NCBI RefSeq assembly: GCF_009914755.1
Contig: NC_060929.1
DNA length: 64,000 bases
Direction: 5' to 3' (one strand)
Origin: the human T2T-CHM13v2.0 reference genome, Homo sapiens
Below are positions 57,103 to 64,000 of the stretch, one piece after another. Position 1 is the first letter of the stretch. Each line of letters opens with the position of its first letter. The notes under the pieces are model-generated. The model was not told the DNA's origin. It saw nothing but the letters and a program-made list of their open reading frames with translations, and did no database searches. The position numbers and the translations under genes were made by a program.

Positions 57103-57709
57103 TATGCTTTTCAAATTATAAATTAATTTTAAGAAAATTACACAGACTTTATAAACTTAATAAGTCAATATGATCATTGCTCTTTGAGCAGTTGTAGAAG
57201 ACGAGTGGTGTTCTTTAGGGTGAACTGTATTTGGTGAGGAATGGAGAAGTTTTTGGTGGGAAATCCTAAGAGTTAAACAGAAGGGTTCCAGTTAAAAGCT
57301 TTACTAATAATTGAAACAAAAAAAATCTAGATCTTTACACAAATTCATTATTACTAGTAAATGGCCGAAACATTAAAGATTCTGTGAACTCAAGTTAAAA
57401 CAATTCAGTATTAAAATGTTAACAATTTTTTAACAATCTTATTATGCCCCTATATATGAAAAAAAGCTTGTTCGGAATTAGCAGTTTCATGAATTCTAAT
57501 TCTTGTTCATAGTCTTTGTTCATTTTTAAATTCAAAAATCTTTTATCTAAATCAGTATTATCTTGCCTATGATATTAGTGGCAACATTACAATATGCAAT
57601 TTTGAAGTATCCATTTGGGTCAGGCTTTAAAAACATTCTAAATTTTAACCATAAATATTCAGAATGAGGGTTTTTTTTTGAAAAGTTTTAATTTACCACA
57701 AGGTAAATA

Positions 57710-58040
<331 letters not shown>

Positions 58041-59974
58041 TCATATTGCACAGAGAGAACTTTAAGGAAAAAGTCCTGAGAGGCAGACTGGGAGGGCAGG
58101 GACTATCACCTTCCTTTTACAAAGGAGGAAACTGAGGCTTAGGAGTTTGAGACTTGTCTGAAGCAAGTCTGAGTGGCAGAGCCAAGTCTTCTCCTTCCTA
58201 ATCTAGTATGCTGTTCCCACGAAGCTCCACTGACTCTACAGTAAATGGTCTTAGATTGAATGTTGATGTTTTAAAGGTATCAATTATTTAGGTACTGATT
58301 ATCCAATTGTAGATTTTCCATATCTTTTTCTTCTCTTCCCCCTTCCTCTAGGATAACTACTCTTGCGTCAGTACAAAGAAATGGAATGCCACTTCTTAGG
58401 TGTTCTGGTAGAGGTTTGGTATGGCAAAGAGGTCAAAAACTAACGGCGGAAATGAGGTTTGTGGAGCCAATTTTATTCTTCCTTTTTTCCCACCATCTTA
58501 CACGACTCTGAATAATCAAAACTTGGCTATTCATAAGATTTCTATTAAGTGGGGTTTTCTTCTGTCCAAAATGTTTAGAAGAGGTTAGCAAGGTGGCTGT
58601 AAAGGCAAAGATTGGAAACTGAATGAGCCAATTACATTTTTACAGAAAAAAAAAGTCCTACTTTTTCAAATAAAGATTAAACAAACAAAAAAAAATCTGT
58701 TCTGCTGAGAAGTTAAGTGAAGGTGGGGCAAGGCTTTTCAGTCATATGAAACAAGGCATACTATACAAAGTAGAGTGAGCAATTCCAAATTTTAAGATTT
58801 TTATAGCAACACCATTTCTTAGGAGGTGCAAGACATGCATGATTTTGATTTCTTTGAGCCTGGGGTTTTATGAGTCTCAGGCAGGACTGGGCCATTCACA
58901 TCATCCCATCAATTGATGCTCTCATTGAAGTGCAGTGGAAGATGCCTGCATTCAATGATCATTCAGTGCGACACATGACAGTATCCCTGGGGGAGCCCAC
59001 TTCAAAAAAAATCATTTAAGTTGGAATATTGAATATCCTATTCTTTTGCAAACTACAGTATATTTTAAAAAGAAATCTCATCCAAAATGATTAACACTTC
59101 CTACTGTTCAGGAAAAAAGCCTGCCCTTTCAGACTAACAGCTGTGGATCATTAGCTCTCCAGTGATGAGATGTGTTTGATGAGTATTTTTCTTTCTAATT
59201 AAGAGATGAGATTCTCTATTTGACTGTCTCTTCAGAAAGAAGTGAAGAAAAAATTTTCTGCCTACATGGAAAGGCCATCTCCTACAAAACAATTAATTAT
59301 TTCACGGTCCTTTTAGAAAATCCTTTTCCTTCCTAATTTCAATTCATTTTTTTCTTAAACTTAACACACATTTACACTCAGACCTTCACAGTATTAACCC
59401 ATTTTTTACCCAATCTTCACCCCTTAATGTTTTCCTGTATAGTTCATCATTCGACAATATCTGTTTCAGAAAAAACAGAATGAAGAAATGTGCCAAAAGT
59501 GCGTATATGCTTAGAAGAGTTAATCTGGAAGGACTTTTTTGGGTCCTAACAGAGAACATTTGGTATGAGAATGTTTCTTGATGTGAGAGAGACCTCAAAT
59601 TAGAAAGATAACAAATACACAGGATATGCCTTTTGAGGAACTAGGCAATGATTGGGGGGAAAATTCAAGGTGTTTATCAATATATAAAAACTGATTATAG
59701 TAATGAATACTTAACAGGAAATTATCTTACCTCTACCAATAAGATTGGCCTTAAAGAAGAGAGCTGGGTAAAGTGAGACCTAAAATATATTGCTTTTCAT
59801 TTTGAAAAAGCCATCATCAGAGTTGGCAAAGAGGTAAAATTTCTGAATTACAAACTTGATTGAAGAGTAGGATAGTTAGAAGCCAATGAAAGCACTGTTT
59901 GTGAATTAACCCCACCAATTGCCTCCTTAAATCCTTTTTGGCACAAGAAAGGGAATATAAAAAGAAGGAGGATC

Positions 59975-60197
59975 AACTTTCAAACATTTCGATGCTGAGC
60001 TGCCACTTTCCTCCCTAGGGCACATTTGGAAATATGCAGGGATGTTTTTAGTTGTCACAATGACTAGGATGGGAGAAGGGAAATACTGGCATTTGGCGGG
60101 TGAAGCCAAAGTGAATCACTCTGAAATATGTGTGACAGTCATACCCAATGAAGAATTTTCCTGCCCCAAATGCTAAAAGCACTCCTCTTTGAGAAAA
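59975..60197. mobile_element. MER20-like hAT-Charlie MITE
   Basis: gggcacatttggaaat...ttttagttgtcacaatgact...ctggcattt...gaagaattttcctgccccaaatgc. Confidence 0.7.
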
Positions 60198-63100
60198 GTT
60201 GTCTGTTTCTCATATAGATAATAGAATATTCTATAATTAACTTACAAAAGAAGAAACTATATGTGTATATACAAGTGTATACAGAAAAAAAGCTAGGTAT
60301 ATTTCCTATGTGATGGCATGAATTATGACTTAGAGTAAGTCAGTAGCAGAGAAAAAATTGTCCTTATAAGCATTTGAACTAGATTCTCCTACTAATGTTT
60401 AACATTTCTTTAAAACATGCCCAAAGTACTGGAGGTGAACCCCTTATGCCCATTTACACTCACTCAAATTAAGTCAGGCTCCACCACATCATCAGAGTCT
60501 TCAGAACCTAGTCTTCTGGGAAGGAGGTGGTTTTGCCTTGATTTAAATAGCCAGATGGCACCACCACCTGTTCAAAGGTCTTTATTTCTGGTTGGTTCCA
60601 CTAAAGCTTTTTGTACCACCTCCATTCAACAAGGGAGAGGAGATAGGCAAAGTGAACTTAATTAATTCCTAGCATAACGATAACCTTTTCAAGGTGGTTT
60701 TAAAGTATGATGTGTTGCTCTTCTGAAGAGAGGCTTTGCTTTGTTTGGACAATTTTCTAAAGTACACGGTAGCAGGGAATTGATGACTACCTTAGACCCA
60801 CTGAATCTTTCCAATTTATTTTGCTATTTCCTGTGATCATGCCACAATGATACAGGGAGCATTAATATGCTCAAAAGAGCCTCATGTACAGTGGCATCTC
60901 TCCCTTCTCTTAATTAGAATGAAAATTGCTTTCTTTTTGACTAGTTTCAACCAGATACCAAACTGACAAGACTTGATCTGTTGTGTTTTGTTGTGTGTGT
61001 GTTTCTTATGTGTAGAGGAAAAAAAATCAAAGTGCACTATCTACCAAATGACTCTATATTGAGTAGGCAAAGTGTGTCAAAAGAACTATCTATCTCTGTT
61101 CTGGTAACAGGATGAGGTATATGGGAAGGAGTAGAAAAAAAGTGAGAAATTGGTTGATTTATTGGCAAGCTGTGACTTGAATACATATACTGAAACTTTA
61201 TTTATTGGTGGTGTTGAAAAAACATTGTTTCTTTGGATTTACTAGGATGAACAAATATACATCAGAAAGTTCCAATTCTTTATATTGTGAAAATGTATGC
61301 TGGGTTTTTGAAGTTGCTATCTGAAACCTAAAGTCTACAATCTTAGTACATCAATGCTTTTTTGAAAAACATAGCTTGACTCTATCTATTAAAGAAGCAA
61401 GTGTGACAACTAGATAGGACTCATTTGAAGATGTGCTACATACAAGCCACAAAAGCACCTAGTGAAGAATCTCCACAACAAAATGGACCCAAACAGCCTT
61501 AAAGATGGAGCTATCAACTAATCATAGCATAATGCACACTACTTTCCTTGATGGAGATATTATATCAATAGAACCTGCCAGCCAGAAGGCTTGGGAAGTT
61601 ATTTATTTAAATGTTTTTTTTTTTCAGCTTACAAGTTGTACTGATAATTTGTGTCATTTTTATCAAAGTCAGAGATGAAAGGCTCTGGCTTTGCTTTGAG
61701 AACACTGACAACTCCAAAATGTAAAGCCCAGAGTATGTCCAACTTGAGCATCACATAACCACACATGAATAACTGATAAGAAATCCCTGCAATGTTGTGA
61801 ATTTAATGTTAGTAAAAGTTTGGATGTAGAATGAAAGTGACAAATGCTTATAGATGCCTGGAGAATGTTGATTCTCCAAGGTCCCTTTCATTAGAAATTA
61901 GTCTGTTACCTTTGTAGTTTGTAATGCCTACCACGGTATCAAACACAGTTGATGTTTTAATTTTAACAGCTTTGTAATTCACAGAAGTTCAGCTCATTCA
62001 AAATCAGGCTGCAAGCACAGTCATTCTTGCAGACTACAGATCAGCACATATTTATTATTTTAAATGACCAATTAAGAGGAATTGATATTATGTGGCCTGT
62101 GAGGAAGTTGCTGGAATCAAGTAACAATCACTCTAAAAAATGCTCAAGTACTACATTAAAGAAACATTTAAGAATGAGTTAACGCTGTTAAACTCACTGA
62201 AGCTTGCCTTTCTCTAGTGCCCCGTTTTCCCAGGATCCAACTTTTTCTGGAAAGACCCACGACTATCTCACTAATGCTAGGTAACTAACAGTCCATGCTT
62301 TAATTATTTTCTAAGGAAGAAAAAAAAGTGTTTTAATGTTGGATCTCAGTTGTGTTTTAGCTTTTCTTCTTCTTATGCCTCCAATGAAAAAGATAACTTT
62401 TTCATGATAGTCTAATCATTACATGATGTTCTGATATTCCTTCCTGTCTTTCAGGTTTTTAAATTATTGTTTAACAAAATTGTTAGATTCACTGTGATCT
62501 TTTATTTAAGTATATTTTACAGAAATTGACAATTTCTATATATTTTCTAAGGCATTAGAAGTGAGGTAAAGATTTATTAGAGCTTATTAAAAGCAGTTTC
62601 CTTTTAAACTTTTAAAGAAATGAATGTTACCACTCCTATTTTTGAAATCAATTTTTGATCAGTTCCCCTTTGTGTATATAAATGCTATATCTAGACACAC
62701 AAATCTTACACCAATGTTTGCTGATGTACAAAATGTAAAATTTCCCTAAGCTTGAAATCTGGCTTTAAAGCTATCTCCATCCTGAACAGGTACAATATTT
62801 AGGGCAACAGCTGGCACTTCAGTTGCTCATGGGGGGAAACTCCCTCTGTTCTCTATACTGTGCCAGAAAATAGGATACCCAGCTATCTAACAAGCCAAAC
62901 ACATGTTAGTAAAGTCTGTGATACAAGTTACTTTAAAAATTAGTCCTTCAGTCTTTACACCTCCAGCTCTAATTCACTGAACAGGAATGCCTTTAGAAAA
63001 GCAGATGATCAATTATGGTAATTCCTTTTTTATAGTAGCTGATGTGCAGAGTGTTGCATTCTGCCAAGTTCTGGGATATTTGGTAGCATTCTGACTTTTT

Positions 63101-64000
63101 TCCACTCAAATTATTTCACTCAGACTTATCCAACTTATCACGACTATCTTCCCTGGGCTACTGATTTCTGATCTTTCTTTTTTATCCTTCATGATATAAC
63201 CTTGCAGTTATTGTTGATTATTCTTTGTCTGGGTTTAATATCTTCATTTAAATCTTAAAATCACAGAGCCAAAGTCAGAAAGTGTGTTTTTAAATTTTCA
63301 CCCTCATAAATAGATTTAAGACCTAATAATATCATACATTTCAGCTATCATTTACTAGCTTCTGAAACTTCATCTCCCATTCCGTCTTATAATTTTCTAA
63401 TTTTCTCCTTCACTGGTCTCATTCCCCCAATCCCTCTGTTCTGGAAAAACTTCAAGAGTTATGTTTAGCAGCTCTAGCTATGTCTGAACATTTCTCTTTG
63501 CAATTCAAATAATCATCTTAGGCTGATTTTAACAGCCTTCTTTACTCCATTCCATCTTTTACCCTTGCTGCGTAATGTTTACTGATGAATGTCTTTCTCC
63601 CATTTATTTCTTAACAGCTCTAAGTGGTCTAGTTACTGCACGGGAAGCCTAAAGGTTTGAGCACTAAGTATACATTTCTCTTGGCTATTTTCCACACCTC
63701 TAAACATTCTCTTAAATGCAATGGGGCTTGTGTTTCAATGGTAACAGAAGTTATCAGAGAACACTAGTTTAGACAGCAAGCAAGCCGAACTCCAACTGTT
63801 CAAACAGCCTGACTTTTACAGTAAAAGGAAAGGCCCTGGGCCAAGACCACTGAGATGAGCAGGTATTTTTAGTTCACTTGTAGGCCAGCTCTAATGTAAT
63901 TCTGAAATGTTTTCTTCAAACCAAACCCGACTTTTTCAGGGCTGTCCAAATCTGTTTTCTTTTATAGCAAGTACAAATTCTTGGAGCAAGGGAAGCATGC

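Overview
Human genomic DNA: AT-rich and dense in Alu, L1, MIR, L2 and MaLR elements, and carrying a human-specific AluYa5. The whole window lies inside the large minus-strand gene MCTP1 (multiple C2 and transmembrane domain protein 1, chr5q15), recognised from two phase-0 coding exons that the ORF track misses. These are 51378-51497 (LFLFVVWNFELYMIPLVLLLLLTWNYFLIISGKDNRQRDT) and 31478-31531 (VVEDMLEDEEEEDDKDDK), separated by a 19,846-nt GT-AG intron. Everything else is intron, and nearly all listed ORFs are Alu/L1 translations or chance frames. I see no support for a new multi-gene system. The most interesting items are: an old degraded ZNF580-like zinc-finger retrocopy with poly(A) signal and tail (44148-45080, +); an RPL35 processed pseudogene inserted into an MLT1 LTR (24421-24812, -); an Alu fused without a tail to an L1PA 3' end under one shared target-site duplication; a nested transposon stack (hAT-Charlie > L1MA > Alu/L1PA); a near-perfect AluYa5; inverted Alu pairs around the exons; several candidate cryptic exons; and a perfect 25-bp inverted repeat. 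Gene and repeat names come from recalled sequences, not database searches, and boundaries of old repeats are approximate.
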